Below, in pieces: positions 62,440 through 64,000 of a stretch of DNA of 64,000 nucleotides (the stretch's first letter is position 1; every line of letters begins with the position of its first letter). Below the pieces are notes generated by a model. The model worked only from the letters and a program-made list of their open reading frames with translations. It did not search any database and had not been told where the DNA came from. A program made the position numbers and the translations under genes. The stretch is taken from contig CAYHBO010000004.1 of assembly GCA_964354855.1 (NCBI GenBank), positions 213 to 64,212 on the forward strand, given 5' to 3'. This DNA is from an uncultured Pseudomonadota bacterium. GTDB taxonomy: Bacteria > Babelota > Babeliae > Babelales > RVW-14.

Positions 62440-62541
62440 AAATACTCCTTTCTCTAAACAATGCTGCAGAAACAGTTTCAACAGTCTCAAGAAGAGACTA
62501 TGCCATTATTTAAAATATTGTGGAAGTGAAGAATCATTCAC

Positions 62542-64000
62542 CTAAACAAAAATATTGAACTTCACAAATACACCCCATAAATCAAGCGACCGATTATTTT
62601 CAGCAAACTCATAACTACCACCAATACCAAGCTGTACCGGTTGCTGAGCCCATTCAGTATGTAACCCACCAGAAGCAAAAATTTTATGCGATACACGTTT
62701 TGGATGAGCCGCAGATGAAAGATTAAGATCTGATGATGCAAGTATAACCTGGGTTGTATCAGGGGCATTTCCAGGAGCTGTCGTTGCTGCAACTATATGA
62801 TCACTAATCGAAGCCTTAGAAAATGTACCAACAACAAATGGGTTGTTCGCATCAGACGCTCCAAAGCTTGTTGCAGCAATAGCTATGCCATCAGGTAAGC
62901 CACTTTTAAGGGATACTTCTTCAGCACTCTTGAACCAGAAGTTATACCCACTCTCAATAAAAAAGTTACCAAAGCCTATTTTAAGCGAGCCCACTGCATT
63001 CAGATCATGTTTTGGACTTACATTAACTTTGCGCGTAAAAAAGTTAATACCTGGTTGCAGAGTTCTCTGATAAGGTCTTTGCTCATTCGTCGTATCAACT
63101 ACTAATAAATATCTACTCCACTGCCCATTCGCCGTTAAATCCATTGACCGCATCTGTGTGTTTTCAAGCAGATAGAGGTAATCAAGATTCGTGCAAAGTG
63201 AGATATTAAATTTTTTACCATTAATAAACGTAACATCAATCCCAGTTCCTGCACCAAGTCCCCAGTGACCTGCATTGCCAAGAATCGGTTCAAACATATA
63301 TTTTGCCGTAGGTTTATAACTGGTAGGCAATGATAACCGACCATAAATATTCCCACGTAACGCCTTAAACCGCATGAGATTGTACCCAAGCCGACATTGT
63401 ATATCGGCAACTCCCGCAATCTTTTGTAACCCGTCACTTATTTTTCCATAATTCCAAAGCGGGTTATTAAAAGCCTGCGTAGCATTAAGATTATCTCCAA
63501 GTTGCGCTCGTTCATTTCTTTTTACAACACTCGAACCATTAGTAATCTCAAAATTATTTATACTTCCCAATGTCGTTGCGGCATTCTGAATATTTGATTC
63601 AGACAAGTTTGTTCTCGTTTCAACCTGCATAACCGGAAAATCAAAGGAACACCACAGGTGTCTGTTTATACACGCAAGACTATGGTACGACTGAAATAAT
63701 GAACCAAAATTTTTGTATGTTGGATCAATCGTAATATTAGATGAAAATTTATTAATATAAAGCTCTACATCGGTCAGATTAGTATTCCCATTCAACAAAG
63801 AAGGGTCATACCCTAAATCTGCAGGTACCGCAGTTCCTGTCAAATTTTTTCCTGCAATCTGTAACCATGTTGCTGAAATATCACAAGGTCCTGCAACCAA
63901 TGCTCCATTAACAACTAACGTCGACTTATCAGTAGGAAAAAAGAAACGTCTTATATCACCACTATTATTTGAAGCTTGATAAAACGCTGTAGCGTTTAGA
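62542..64000 (-). CDS. Outer-membrane protein (MOMP/porin-like, paralog of 12400..14391); 5' end lies beyond the window
   Basis: The frame stays open from 63900 to nt 64000 (…NSGDIRRFFFPTDKSTLVVNGA-LVAGPCD…). The GNAGHWGLGAG motif is shared with 12400..14391. The terminal region has beta-strand character. Confidence 0.6.
   Translation of the reverse strand, partial: LNATAFYQASNNSGDIRRFFFPTDKSTLVVNGALVAGPCDISATWLQIAGKNLTGTAVPADLGYDPSLLNGNTNLTDVELYINKFSSNITIDPTYKNFGSLFQSYHSLACINRHLWCSFDFPVMQVETRTNLSESNIQNAATTLGSINNFEITNGSSVVKRNERAQLGDNLNATQAFNNPLWNYGKISDGLQKIAGVADIQCRLGYNLMRFKALRGNIYGRLSLPTSYKPTAKYMFEPILGNAGHWGLGAGTGIDVTFINGKKFNISLCTNLDYLYLLENTQMRSMDLTANGQWSRYLLVVDTTNEQRPYQRTLQPGINFFTRKVNVSPKHDLNAVGSLKIGFGNFFIESGYNFWFKSAEEVSLKSGLPDGIAIAATSFGASDANNPFVVGTFSKASISDHIVAATTAPGNAPDTTQVILASSDLNLSSAAHPKRVSHKIFASGGLHTEWAQQPVQLGIGGSYEFAENNRSLDLWGVFVKFNIFV

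Noticed and set aside
32414-62490. Glycosylation island as a mobile genomic island or prophage
   Set aside because: I recognise no integrase, transposase, tRNA target, flanking direct repeats or conjugation genes. An essential alaS sits inside. In-situ tandem duplication fits better.
1-64000. Collagen-like (Gly-X-Y) substrate for the COLGALT-like/GT25 enzymes within the window
   Set aside because: No Gly-X-Y repeat ORF is present in any frame of the track. The substrate, if proteinaceous, must be encoded elsewhere or be of a different type.

Overview
AT-rich, densely coding bacterial chromosome segment with no rRNA, tRNA, CRISPR, transposase, integrase or phage genes that I can recognise. 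The organism looks like a diderm with a host-associated lifestyle: it has a Pal-type lipoprotein, several large outer-membrane beta-barrel candidates and MurC, alongside secreted ankyrin proteins, eukaryote-type glycosyltransferases and truncated or short housekeeping genes (ComEC, SufD). The lineage cannot be fixed from this window.

Layout:
- 1-9.4 kb: housekeeping genes (pal-like, rng, gatB, a NodB-like deacetylase, a class I aminotransferase, murC), followed by a decayed tandem copy of the murC 3' third.
- 9.5-20.4 kb: a cell-envelope locus with two large OM barrel candidates, a small secreted protein and a 1962-aa secreted giant protein.
- 20.9-24.5 kb: DegT-type sugar aminotransferase, tmk, holB and a truncated ComEC-like gene.
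- 24.3-29.9 kb: an accessory block with six tandem paralogs of small signal-peptide + CxxC + ankyrin proteins and two unrelated secreted hypotheticals.
- 30.1-32.3 kb: sufB-sufD.
- 32.4-62.5 kb: the most striking region, a ~30-kb glycosylation island split by a convergent alaS.
- 62.5 kb to the window end: another OM protein, truncated by the window edge.

The island holds about 25 enzymes, all with N-terminal signal peptides or anchors and arranged in tandem paralog arrays: 4 GT4-like genes (one fused to a domain resembling the N-terminal half of metazoan COLGALT), 2 methyltransferases, a DUF616/TOD1-like protein, 5 GT92-like domains, 2 GT11-like domains (one pair fused as GT92::GT11), 3 GH130/GT108-like propeller proteins and 7 GT25 genes. 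I see no flippase, polymerase, priming transferase or nucleotide-sugar genes in it.

Small-scale features include several clean intrinsic terminators, REP-like palindromic repeats, gene remnants and conserved intergenic modules. All family assignments rest on motif recognition by eye and need HMM or structure confirmation.
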